A DNA stretch of 31,908 bases from Terrimicrobiaceae bacterium (lineage in GTDB: Bacteria > Verrucomicrobiota > Verrucomicrobiia > Chthoniobacterales > Terrimicrobiaceae): assembly GCA_049429585.1 (NCBI GenBank), contig JBMTBF010000001.1, positions 1 to 31,908 of the forward strand, written 5' to 3'. This document shows, piece after piece, positions 6,457 to 15,712 of this stretch (its first letter is position 1; every line of letters starts with the position of its first letter). Both the position numbers and the translations under genes were made by a program. The notes below the pieces were generated by a model. The model was not told the DNA's origin. It did no database searches and saw only the letters and a program-made list of their open reading frames with translations.

Positions 6457-8010
6457 ATGGACAACGATCAAACCAATCCCAACAACGAAGTAATGAACGG
6501 CGACGAGGCGGCGACTTTCCTCAAAATGCCGAAATCCACGCTGCTGAAACTCTGCAGCGAAGGTCAGTTGCCCGCCGTGAAAGTCGGCCGGAATTGGCGT
6601 TTCAACCGCACCGCCCTCGAAAAGTGGAAGAGTGAAAAAGCAGGATCCGAAGTGGATTTTTCTGACGACTCCGGAGTGGTTGGCGAGCCGACACCGCTGG
6701 ATTTCGAAGAAAATCTCTCCGAAGCTGAAGCCTCTGTCGGCAAGCAGATCAAGGAAGTTGTCGGATCGGTTGGCGGGGATGATTTTGAAACAACTGGTGA
6801 TGTCGTGGAATTGGACAGCATGTCCGAAGGCGTTGGCGAAGTTCACGAAATCGAGGAAGCCCCGGCCCCGAAATCCTCCCGGCGCGCGCGTTCCTCCTCG
6901 GCCCTTGATTTGATGGCCCAGATATCCGACAAATCCCCCGGACGCCGTGGCGCTAAAACGACCCGCGCCAAGACAGCTCCGGCTCCGGCCCCTCGAACCA
7001 AACCTGCCCCGGCTTCCGCACCAGTTTCCCCTCTGCCCAAGCGCGACACCCGCCTCGATGACGGCGCGGTGGAAGTCTCTCGACCCTACAACCGCCATGC
7101 GGGTGCCGCTCCGGCGCCTCGCGCTCCAGAACGCCGCTCCTCCGGTGGAGGCGCCTTCGGCGTCCTCAAAAAAGTGGTCTACTGGGCGGTCGTGCTCGTT
7201 GTTTTGGCCATGGCCGGCGTCGGTGTGAAAAGCATGCTCGTTCCGATTTCCACCGAACCGATGGTGGGAATCTCCGAGGAGGTCGTGACAACCGAGACCC
7301 CCGCCTTGCCCGAATTCCAAGTAGTCTATCGCCACAATGAGGAGGAATCCCTGAAGGAGGACAACCTCGCGGTTCCCACGCCCCCTCCTTCGGCTCCCGA
7401 GCCGGCAGCCCCGACCGCCCCGCTGACCTCTACTGCTGCTGTGGATACCGTGGCCCTTCAAGCTCCCCCAGCTCCGCAGCAAGCTCCCCAAGCCGCTGCC
7501 GCCGCCAAAGAGGGCACACAACAACCGGCGGTTCCCATTGCCACCAACCCGCCGGTCAGCCGCAGCCTCGAGGCGATCAATCGCCTTCTCCCCGCGCTGT
7601 TCAACCTTTCCGGCACCACGGTCAACAGCAACAACAACGAAATCCGAATCACCTTTCAGGAGGGCGTCTTCTCTTCCGGAATCACGGTCAGCGAGTCGGG
7701 AAAATCCCAACTCTCGCGCGTGGCGGAATTCCTGAAGGTCAATGCCCCGGACTTCTGGGTCATCATCGAGGGCCAGACCGACAGCAAGCCGGTCCGGTCG
7801 AACTCTCCCTTCCGAGACAACTACACCCTCGGCCTTCGCCGCGCAGTGGCCGCGACCGAGGTAATGCGCTCCGAAACGCAATTCCCCAACGATCGCCTGC
7901 TCGCCAGCTCCTCAGGCGGCCTTCCGCCTCCATTCCCTGAAAACGACCCTGGATCGGCCTCGCGCAACCGCACGGTCATCCTGCGCCTCGTTCCCAGGAT
8001 TCTGGAATAG
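6457..8010 (+). CDS. HTH_17 (excisionase/MerR-like) + single TM + OmpA/MotB-like peptidoglycan-binding protein
   Basis: N-terminus MNGDEAATFLKMPKSTLLKLCSEGQLPAVKVGRNWRF; TM VVYWAVVLVVLAMAGVGV at about 7174-7227; C-terminus IIEGQTD...NYTLGLRRA...RNRTVILRL. The ATG at 6457 is preferred over the track's 6424. Confidence 0.85.
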   Translation: MDNDQTNPNNEVMNGDEAATFLKMPKSTLLKLCSEGQLPAVKVGRNWRFNRTALEKWKSEKAGSEVDFSDDSGVVGEPTPLDFEENLSEAEASVGKQIKEVVGSVGGDDFETTGDVVELDSMSEGVGEVHEIEEAPAPKSSRRARSSSALDLMAQISDKSPGRRGAKTTRAKTAPAPAPRTKPAPASAPVSPLPKRDTRLDDGAVEVSRPYNRHAGAAPAPRAPERRSSGGGAFGVLKKVVYWAVVLVVLAMAGVGVKSMLVPISTEPMVGISEEVVTTETPALPEFQVVYRHNEEESLKEDNLAVPTPPPSAPEPAAPTAPLTSTAAVDTVALQAPPAPQQAPQAAAAAKEGTQQPAVPIATNPPVSRSLEAINRLLPALFNLSGTTVNSNNNEIRITFQEGVFSSGITVSESGKSQLSRVAEFLKVNAPDFWVIIEGQTDSKPVRSNSPFRDNYTLGLRRAVAATEVMRSETQFPNDRLLASSSGGLPPPFPENDPGSASRNRTVILRLVPRILE

Positions 8011-8019
8011 TCGCGCCCG

Positions 8020-9252
8020 CTACTTTTTGATTCTCAAGCGTAGGAAGGTGGGGACATCCAAATCCTCGCCTTCCACGATGGTAGGCTCGCTTTTTTCGAA
8101 ACGGCCGCGGGCGATGGGTTCCAACGGGAGGAAGTCCTGCTTCACCTTTTGGGTTTTTGTCGATGGAACCGCGGGCTCCGCTGCGGATGGCATTTCCTCG
8201 CGTGGCGGCGCCAAACTTGGCACGGGGACACTGGCTTCCGGCTTGGCTTCAATCGGCAAGGCGGGCGGGAGGCAGGGCTTTTTTTCCTCAACCCCGGTGC
8301 GTCCGATAATCGTCACAATCAGCGGCGCGGAGTCATCCCCCGCCGTGCCGACTCCCAGACAGAGATTCGCGCCAGCGGCTGTGCTTTTGGAAATCCCGTT
8401 CATCACGGCGGACACCTCCGCGAATGTCAGCGATGAGGGCCCCGAGAGATGGACGAGAATTTTTCCAGCCTCTTGAAGGAGGCGCCCCCTGTCGAGCAAC
8501 GGACTGCGAAGAGCCTGCTCCAAAGCCTCATGGGCGCGGTTTGCACCCTCCGACTCGCCACACCCCAACAGGCACCCTCCCTTGGTCGCACGCAGGACCG
8601 TGAGGACGTCGTTGAGGGCAATCGGCACCGGTCCCGGGCTTCCGAGAATCCTGACGAGGCCGCCAATGGCTTGGAATAAAAGTCCATCACAAGCCGCGAA
8701 AGTCTCGGCGACATCGGCCCGGGGCTCGACGAGTTCGGCCATTCGGTCGTTCTCGAAATGCACCAGGGCATCAGCATGCTTCACCAGCTCGGAAAGCGAC
8801 TCACCGGCTTGTTGAGTGCGTCGGCGTCCCTCGAATTGGAAAGGCGATGTGACCACCGCCGAGACGAGAGCCCCCTTGTCCTTCGCCATTTTGGCAAGCA
8901 GGGGAACAATCGCGCTGGCCGTGCCTCCACCGAGCCCACCGCAAAGAATCACAACATCGGCTCCGGAGACGACCTGTTGAAGATCGCCAAGCGATTCCCT
9001 CGCGGCATCGATCGCTCGCTCCGGATCCCCCCCAGCTCCAAGCCCGTGGGTCGTCATCGGGCCGAGAACCAGTTTCTGCGCTGCGACCGAGGCGGCAAGC
9101 GATTGCTGGTCGGAGTTCAACGCCACGGTGTGAACTGACAAAGCGGCGCGCATGGTAAGCCGGTCCGTGATGTTCACGCCCGCGTTACCGATTCCAATAA
9201 GCCGGATCACAGACTCCTTGGCGGGTTCCTGATAGCGTGGATAGGGGCTCAT
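8020..9252 (-). CDS. ftsZ: Cell division protein FtsZ (divergent)
   Basis: GLGAGGDPE, PFQFEGRRR, END, SPLL and the C-terminal DLDVPTFLR peptide; last gene of the dcw cluster, after ftsA. Confidence 0.95.
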   Translation of the reverse strand: MSPYPRYQEPAKESVIRLIGIGNAGVNITDRLTMRAALSVHTVALNSDQQSLAASVAAQKLVLGPMTTHGLGAGGDPERAIDAARESLGDLQQVVSGADVVILCGGLGGGTASAIVPLLAKMAKDKGALVSAVVTSPFQFEGRRRTQQAGESLSELVKHADALVHFENDRMAELVEPRADVAETFAACDGLLFQAIGGLVRILGSPGPVPIALNDVLTVLRATKGGCLLGCGESEGANRAHEALEQALRSPLLDRGRLLQEAGKILVHLSGPSSLTFAEVSAVMNGISKSTAAGANLCLGVGTAGDDSAPLIVTIIGRTGVEEKKPCLPPALPIEAKPEASVPVPSLAPPREEMPSAAEPAVPSTKTQKVKQDFLPLEPIARGRFEKSEPTIVEGEDLDVPTFLRLRIKK

Positions 9253-10460
9253 AGGCCGAGATTGAAGTTGATGAGTTTTTTGAATTTTCCGATGAGCGTC
9301 TCCTCCGGCATGTCGGCATTGACCGCCTGCGCGTATCTCACAAGACCGATGCAGGTCGAGAGCTGGGGATTTTCAAAGGCCGAGGTCGGACCCGACACGG
9401 AATGCGCATGGGCAAGGCTCACAGGGGCCTCGAAAATCGTCTCCGCCACCTCTCGGACACCGCGAAGCATGCTGCAACCTCCCGTGAGGAGGATTCCCGC
9501 GCCAAGCAGGTGCTCGGGAACCACCTCGTGAATCCGCTTTTTGAGAATCGTGAAAAGTTCGGCCACCCGCGCGTTGATGATCATGTTCAGCATGTCGCGG
9601 TCGATTTCCTTGCCGGAAAATCCCGTATCGTTCTTGAGCGTTATTTTTTCTCCATGGGGATGTCCGCCGGGAAACGCGGATCCCTCTTCGATCTTCAGCT
9701 TCTCGGCGCGGGTGATCGGAATCCGGAGGCCGATGCAGAGGTCGTTCGTGATATGGTCGCCACCGATGGCGATAACGCCGCTGTGGCGCACGGCCCCGTC
9801 GTGATAGACGATGTAGTCGGTGACGCCGCCGCCGATATCGATCACCACGGCCCCGGCCTGTTTTTGGGCATCGCTTAAAACCACCTGCGCGGAGGCCACG
9901 GAATTCACCACGACATCATCGACCTCGATATCGAATTCCTTCACGCAGCGGATGGTGTTTTGAATCCTCGTCATCACGCCGTGGATGATGTGGTAATCGG
10001 CCTCAAGCTTCGCGCCCAGCATTCCAAGAGGATCGATGACCCCCTCCTGGCCATCCACATAGTAGCGCTGGATGATCGAGTGCAGGATCACATTCTCCTT
10101 GGGAATCGAGATTTCCTTGGCCTTGTATTCGACATCCCCGATTTCCTTTTCGGTGATCTCGCTGTCCTCCGGCATGGAGATCGAACTGCGGTTGTTGAAA
10201 CTTTGCAGATGGCTTCCGGTGACCGCGAGCCACACACTGTTGATCTCCTGATCGCTCCGCTCCTCGGCGTCTGCGAGGGCATCATGAACGCACTTGGAGG
10301 CGTTTTGAAAGTCCACGATTTCGCCTTTTCGGACACCCCGAGAGGGGCTCTCCCCCACCCCGAGCAGACGGATTTCACCATCGCGCCCGCACTCCGCCAC
10401 CACGGCGCAAACCTTGGTGGTTCCGATTTCCAGCCCGACATGGATTCTTTCTTTGGACAT
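9249..10460 (-). CDS. ftsA: Cell division protein FtsA
   Basis: GLEIGTTKV, GVRKGEIVD, DIGGGVTD, GGDHITNDL, AEKLKI, LTGG; between ftsQ and ftsZ. Confidence 0.96.
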   Translation of the reverse strand: MSKERIHVGLEIGTTKVCAVVAECGRDGEIRLLGVGESPSRGVRKGEIVDFQNASKCVHDALADAEERSDQEINSVWLAVTGSHLQSFNNRSSISMPEDSEITEKEIGDVEYKAKEISIPKENVILHSIIQRYYVDGQEGVIDPLGMLGAKLEADYHIIHGVMTRIQNTIRCVKEFDIEVDDVVVNSVASAQVVLSDAQKQAGAVVIDIGGGVTDYIVYHDGAVRHSGVIAIGGDHITNDLCIGLRIPITRAEKLKIEEGSAFPGGHPHGEKITLKNDTGFSGKEIDRDMLNMIINARVAELFTILKKRIHEVVPEHLLGAGILLTGGCSMLRGVREVAETIFEAPVSLAHAHSVSGPTSAFENPQLSTCIGLVRYAQAVNADMPEETLIGKFKKLINFNLGL

Positions 10461-11398
10461 CAGTTTTTTTGTTTGGATTTCGTTGCCGTGGCTCCCGCTT
10501 TCGCCGGCGGGGCGAGCGATGCCATAACAAATTTCACAGGAGTGTTTTTTGAGACCATGAGGTTCACGGAATCAAGTTCGCGTCCGGTGTCCCGGCAATG
10601 TGCGAGAAGCCTGCGCAGCTTCTCAACCTGGCCGCTGAAATCCGAACGACCGAATTTTACCCGGGCGTTCTGATCGGTGATCGCATCGATGCAGTAACCC
10701 TTCGAGATATTGAGTGAGCGCAAACAAACCAGTGAATCGGGTCTGGATGAGGCCTCATCGAGAAGCGCGATCGCCTTTTTTAAATCGTCATTGTGGAGAG
10801 GCTTTCCCTCGAGGATTTCGCTGGAATTCACCCCATAAATGACAGGCAGGCTGTGGAACTCCTGCGGAATAAGACGCGGACGCATGAGAAATCCGGACGC
10901 ATCCACCAGAAGCATGCTGGAAACATCGTAGGGCACCGCGGGATCCGTGGATGAGGAGACCCAAGCCACCGGTTCGCGGGCATCTAGAACGATGTGCATC
11001 CGATTCGGCAAAACCCGCTCGATCACGACATCGGCCACCATGGGAATAGCCCGAAGCCGACGGTCGGCCTCATTGATGTCCAGCTCGAAGATGTTTTTCC
11101 CCTCCACAATTCCTGTTTCCTCGCGCAGGTCCTCAGGCGTCAGGATACCATCCAACTCCAGTTCGAGCTCGGTGAGGTCGTAGGCGGAGTTCGAGAAAAA
11201 GAATTTGTCCAATGCGCGGCTGATTCCGAACCATGCGACTCCGCAAAGCAGCGACAGGCCGATCACAACGACAGAAAAGCTCATCAACAATTGCTGGCGT
11301 TTGCGCTTCGCTGTTGCTGCCCTCATTTTGACATTCAGCATCCGCTGTCCACGCGGCGTCCGGCGGCTTGCCGAAGTTTTGAGAATCCGCCCCTTCAT
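10460..11398 (-). CDS. ftsQ: Cell division protein FtsQ/DivIB
   Basis: Basic N-terminus, single TM, POTRA-like region (IPMVADVVIERVLPNRMHI...EPVAW, LVDASG); position between ddl and ftsA. Confidence 0.88.
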   Translation of the reverse strand: MKGRILKTSASRRTPRGQRMLNVKMRAATAKRKRQQLLMSFSVVVIGLSLLCGVAWFGISRALDKFFFSNSAYDLTELELELDGILTPEDLREETGIVEGKNIFELDINEADRRLRAIPMVADVVIERVLPNRMHIVLDAREPVAWVSSSTDPAVPYDVSSMLLVDASGFLMRPRLIPQEFHSLPVIYGVNSSEILEGKPLHNDDLKKAIALLDEASSRPDSLVCLRSLNISKGYCIDAITDQNARVKFGRSDFSGQVEKLRRLLAHCRDTGRELDSVNLMVSKNTPVKFVMASLAPPAKAGATATKSKQKN

Positions 11399-12321
11399 CG
11401 TGCGCTACCCTTGGCGGAAAGCGAAAGCCCCGCGATCTCCTCGCAAAGCGACGCGAAATCCAAGCCCGCCACGGCGGCGGCTTTAGGTAAAAGACTCGTT
11501 TCCGTCATGCCGGGGATGGTGTTGACCTCAAGAACGATCGGCTTGTTGGCCACATCGAGCAAAACATCCACGCGCGAGTAGACCTCCAATCCCAGCGAGC
11601 GATGTGCAGCGAGAGCCGCGGCTTGCACGGCCCGCGCGACATCCTCGTCGAGGCGCGCTGGGCAGAAGTAGTCCGAGTTGCCCTTTGTGTATTTGTTCTC
11701 GTAGCTGTAGAAATCAACCTTGGGAACGATTTCCACGACCGGCAGCGCCTCGTCTCCCACAATTCCCACTGTCAGTTCCCGGCCACGCACGAACTGTTCG
11801 ATCAGCACCTCGCTGTCGCGGGAGAAACAATCCTCCAGCGCTGGAGAGACTTCCTCCGGGGTTTGAACAATGTGAACCCCGACACTGGATCCCTCTCGGG
11901 GTGGCTTGGCGACGAAAGGAAGAGGGATCGACGGCTTGTCTCCAGCGCAAAGAATCTCCCATTTCGCATTCGGCACACCTGCCGCGTCGAATTTCTTCTT
12001 GCTGGCAATCTTGTCGAAGGCCAAGCGGCTTCCCGCCTCGCCTTCGCCGGTATAGGGAACCCCTAGACGGTCGAGGATGCCCTGTAATTCGCCGTCCTCG
12101 CCAAAAGTCCCGTGAATCATGTTGAACGCCAGGTCGGATTTTTCCGGGAGTTGAAAATCAGGACCGGTCACATCGATCTCCACGACCTCAGCCCCCACGG
12201 ATCGAAGCGCCTTGGCAACGGCCGCGCCGGAGTTCAATGAAACAGGCCGTTCCTTGCCGGGTCCGCCCATGAGAAGAGCAACCTTTTTGCCTTGCAGGAT
12301 TCCGGAATGATTTTTCTTCAT
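11395..12321 (-). CDS. ddl: D-alanine--D-alanine ligase
   Basis: HGTFGEDG, EGSSVGV, FYSYENKY (Tyr omega loop, D-Ala-D-Ala type), LEVNTIPGMTETSLLP. Confidence 0.97.
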   Translation of the reverse strand: MKKNHSGILQGKKVALLMGGPGKERPVSLNSGAAVAKALRSVGAEVVEIDVTGPDFQLPEKSDLAFNMIHGTFGEDGELQGILDRLGVPYTGEGEAGSRLAFDKIASKKKFDAAGVPNAKWEILCAGDKPSIPLPFVAKPPREGSSVGVHIVQTPEEVSPALEDCFSRDSEVLIEQFVRGRELTVGIVGDEALPVVEIVPKVDFYSYENKYTKGNSDYFCPARLDEDVARAVQAAALAAHRSLGLEVYSRVDVLLDVANKPIVLEVNTIPGMTETSLLPKAAAVAGLDFASLCEEIAGLSLSAKGSAR

Positions 12322-14606
12322 AAATCGACCCCCGTGATTTGGACCTCGGTTTGTAGCTGGATGCCTCGCTTCTCTTCCGCGACATGCTGGATTTCACGGA
12401 TAAGCGCGAGGATGTCCGCCGCGCTGGCACCGCCATCGTTGACGATGAAGTTGCCGTGGACCTCGGACACGCGGGCCGCACCAACCGAGCGGTTTTTCAG
12501 ACCGAGTTCCTCGATCAGTCGACCGGCCGGAATTTCAGCGGGGTTTTTGAAAATACATCCCGCGCTGGCGGCGACAGGTTGACTGGAGCGACGCTTGGAA
12601 ACCGAGGCCGCAATCGCGGAATCGATCTGGACCGCGCTCCCGGGCTGGCCGCGCAGAACGGCGGACAGCGCGAAGTTCTGCCTGAACATCGGAACATTCC
12701 GGTAGTGAACATCCATTTCGGCGGGGGTTTTTGTGAAAATATTCCCATCCTGATCGCAATAGCGCACACGCACGACCTGATCGAAGGTCTGGATTCCCAT
12801 GGCGCCGGCGTTCATGCGAAGCCCGCCTCCGAGGTTTCCTGGAATTCCCTCCATCCATTCGAAACCGGCGATTCCCGCGCCCCGCGCGAGAGCCGTGAGT
12901 TGTTTGAATTTCACGCCGACACCGGCGGTGATTTCCATTCCATGAATTTCGTGGTTTGCGAATTCGCCGCGTGCCAGATGTGCCACAACACCCGGAATCC
13001 CGCCATCGCGCACGAGAAGGTTGGAGCCTCGCCCCATGACCATCAGTGGCATGTTGTCGTCGAAGCAAAACCTCACGAGGTCGGCAAAACCCTCCTCGGT
13101 TTCAGGTTCCGCCCAAAATTGCGCCGGGCCACCCACACGCATCGTCGTGTGTTTGGCAAGGGGCTCGTAAAGTTTGATCCGGCCCGCCCCCATGACCTCC
13201 AAAAGGCGGTCGCGGGTTTTTAGATCGACGGCTAGACGGCTTCCGGCCTCGTGGATATTTCCAGCTCCAAGACTCAGAACGAGGTCGCCGTCCTCGAGAA
13301 TCGCACCAACCGCCTCATGGATTCTTGAAACCTTGGGAACAAACTTCACCGACGGATGGCCATTCGCCGCGACGGCATCGACAATCGTCTGTCCGGTGAC
13401 ACCGGGGATTGGCAATTCGCTTGCGGGATAAATGTCTGAAACAAAAACATGATCGGCTTTTTGGAACGCCATTCCAAAAAGGTCTTTCAAAGCCTGGGTC
13501 CGCGTGAACCGGTGTGGCTGGAACATGACGATTACGCGCTTGTTCGGCCCGGTACGGGCGGTGGCAATCGTGGCGGCGATTTCGGTTGGATGGTGGCCAT
13601 AGTCGTCGACCACGATCTGGCGCGGGCTGCCGTAGAGAATCTCGAACCGGCGACGCGCTCCACGAAAGGTTTCCAGTGCAGCGCTGATTTTTTCAAATGG
13701 AACACCGATCTCGGAGGCGAGGGCGATCGCGGCGAGGGCATTCAGGGCGTTGTGCGCGCCGGGAATGTTGAGAATCACCTCTCCAAGGATTTCGTTGTTC
13801 CGTTGAACCCGAAAGTAGGAGCAGAAATTTTTTGTCGCCAAATCCACAAGCCGATATCGCGCGGACGGTGAATGGCCATAGGAAATAGCCCGAGGATTTC
13901 CGGATACAACACGGGAGGCCCCGTTGTCATCGGCGCAGTAGAAAATGTTTCCCGAGGTTTGCGAAACCAGGCGTTCGTAAACGGCGTCGATCGCCTCGAG
14001 ATTCTCGTAGTAATCCAAATGCTCGGGCTCGATGTTGAGCACGATCGCATGGCGTGGATGGTAGTTCACCAGAGTCCCGTCGCTCTCATCCCCCTCGGCG
14101 ACAAAATAGATTCCTTCCGAATCCCAGCGGGCATTCGTACCGAGGATCGGAATTTCGGCGCCAACATAGTGAGAGGGCTTGAGCCCCCCGGCGCGGAGGA
14201 GGTGGGCAGCCATCGCCGAGGTGGTTGTCTTGCCGTGCATTCCGCAAACCACGATGCCCTGTTTCGAGGCCATTATTGCCGCCAAGGCGTCCGCGCGGCG
14301 AACCATTGGAATCCCCAGGCGCACCGCCTCGTCATAGGCGGGATTTCCCGTCCGGATGGCGGAGGAATAAACCACGAGATTCACACCCCGAACGCATTCG
14401 GCGGTGTGAGGACAAGAAAAGCGGAGACCCTTTTTGGAAAGCCGCTCTACCTCGACGGTGTCGACTTTGTCGGAACCGCCAACATCATGGCCCAGCCCGA
14501 GGAGAAGCGCGGCGATCCCGCTCATGCCGGAACCCGCCACACCGATGAGATGGATTTTTGCCGGAGCGGGGCCGGCCAGAAGGCCATGGAGTTTTTCAGC
14601 CTTCAT
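12318..14606 (-). CDS. murC-murB: Fused MurC (N-terminal) - MurB (C-terminal)
   Basis: 762 aa single ORF. MurC motifs GVAGSGMSG, GMHGKTTTS, EGDESDG, DDYGHHPTE, GAGNI; MurB motifs HTTMRVGGPA, GIPGNLGGGLRMNAGA, SAGCIFKNP, HGNFIVN. Confidence 0.97.
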   Translation of the reverse strand: MKAEKLHGLLAGPAPAKIHLIGVAGSGMSGIAALLLGLGHDVGGSDKVDTVEVERLSKKGLRFSCPHTAECVRGVNLVVYSSAIRTGNPAYDEAVRLGIPMVRRADALAAIMASKQGIVVCGMHGKTTTSAMAAHLLRAGGLKPSHYVGAEIPILGTNARWDSEGIYFVAEGDESDGTLVNYHPRHAIVLNIEPEHLDYYENLEAIDAVYERLVSQTSGNIFYCADDNGASRVVSGNPRAISYGHSPSARYRLVDLATKNFCSYFRVQRNNEILGEVILNIPGAHNALNALAAIALASEIGVPFEKISAALETFRGARRRFEILYGSPRQIVVDDYGHHPTEIAATIATARTGPNKRVIVMFQPHRFTRTQALKDLFGMAFQKADHVFVSDIYPASELPIPGVTGQTIVDAVAANGHPSVKFVPKVSRIHEAVGAILEDGDLVLSLGAGNIHEAGSRLAVDLKTRDRLLEVMGAGRIKLYEPLAKHTTMRVGGPAQFWAEPETEEGFADLVRFCFDDNMPLMVMGRGSNLLVRDGGIPGVVAHLARGEFANHEIHGMEITAGVGVKFKQLTALARGAGIAGFEWMEGIPGNLGGGLRMNAGAMGIQTFDQVVRVRYCDQDGNIFTKTPAEMDVHYRNVPMFRQNFALSAVLRGQPGSAVQIDSAIAASVSKRRSSQPVAASAGCIFKNPAEIPAGRLIEELGLKNRSVGAARVSEVHGNFIVNDGGASAADILALIREIQHVAEEKRGIQLQTEVQITGVDL

Positions 14607-15712
14607 TTCATGCCCTCCGCAACGGCGCGTTCCATGACATCCGCCACATTCGCCGCGGCCGACTCGGGCGAAAGCCCCCGTGCGGCCGACGACATCATCG
14701 CACGGCGCTGAGAATCGGAAAGCAGCTTGGAAACCACTGAGGCGAAAACCTCAGGCTGGATTTCCCTTTCGTTGATCAACTCGGCGGCACCCGAACGGAC
14801 GAAAATTTCGGCATTCGCCCTTTGGTGGTCATCGGTGGCGTAGGGATAGGGGATGAGTATGGAAGGCATGCCAAACATCGCCAGTTCGCTCAGGCTCGAG
14901 GCTCCTGCCCGGGATACGACGAGATCGGCGGCGGAATAAGCCTCCTCCATCCGGTGGTGGAACGGCGCGACATAATGCGGAATCTGGTCGCGCTGGTAGT
15001 TTGCCGCCGCAAGACGGTCGTCATTTTTCCCGGTGAGATGGATGATTTGAAGATTCCCGGCCTGCAGGAGGGGCGCCGATTTGAAGAGGAGTTGGTTGAT
15101 CCCGCTCGCACCCTGGCTGCCTCCGGTGACAAGCAGCGTGGTCCGGGAAGGATCGAGGTTGAAATGCTTCAACGCCTCCTCCCGAGGGAGTGGACGGCCG
15201 AGGTTTTTACGAACGGGAGTGCCAGTAACGACACAGGAGGAGCCGCTGAAAAACGGACGGCAATCCTCGAAGCCCAGCAGGACTCTCGTGGCAAATTTGG
15301 CGGCGAGCTTGTTGGCACGACCAGGAACGGCATTCGACTCGTGAATAAAGCAGGGAAGTCCAGCCAGCCTGGCGGCTAGAATCGGGGCCGTTGATGTGAA
15401 CCCCCCCATGCCCAGCACGACAGAGGGGCGGTTTTTTCGATAGACAGATCGGCAGTGGCGGTAACTTTCCCAAAACCTCCGGAGAAAACCGACAAAAGCA
15501 GGTGAAAGGACCATAGACGGCATGCCGACCGACGGGAGTTTTTCGGAACGGAACTCCGGGTGCGCCTGCAGAGCGGTGGCGTCGATTTCCTTCTCGGAAA
15601 CAAAAAGCAAGATTTCGTGGCCTCTGGTGTGAAGAGTCTCCGCAACAGCCAGACCGGGGAAGAGGTGCCCACCGGTTCCGCCGCAAGCGATGATGGCTTT
15701 GAATGGTTTCAT
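14603..15712 (-). CDS. murG: MurG GlcNAc transferase
   Basis: GGTGGHLFPG, HESNAVPG, GTPVR, GGSQGA, SRAGASSLSE, HQRANA. The start ATG at 15712 overlaps the ftsW stop (ATGA); the track's longer ORF start is spurious. Confidence 0.96.
   Translation of the reverse strand: MKPFKAIIACGGTGGHLFPGLAVAETLHTRGHEILLFVSEKEIDATALQAHPEFRSEKLPSVGMPSMVLSPAFVGFLRRFWESYRHCRSVYRKNRPSVVLGMGGFTSTAPILAARLAGLPCFIHESNAVPGRANKLAAKFATRVLLGFEDCRPFFSGSSCVVTGTPVRKNLGRPLPREEALKHFNLDPSRTTLLVTGGSQGASGINQLLFKSAPLLQAGNLQIIHLTGKNDDRLAAANYQRDQIPHYVAPFHHRMEEAYSAADLVVSRAGASSLSELAMFGMPSILIPYPYATDDHQRANAEIFVRSGAAELINEREIQPEVFASVVSKLLSDSQRRAMMSSAARGLSPESAAANVADVMERAVAEGMK

Noticed and set aside
5268-7881. Long antisense ORFs (5268-6164 and 6334-7881)
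   Set aside because: They shadow well-supported plus-strand genes and show no recognisable motifs, as expected in GC-rich DNA. The same applies to the many antisense ORFs across dcw.
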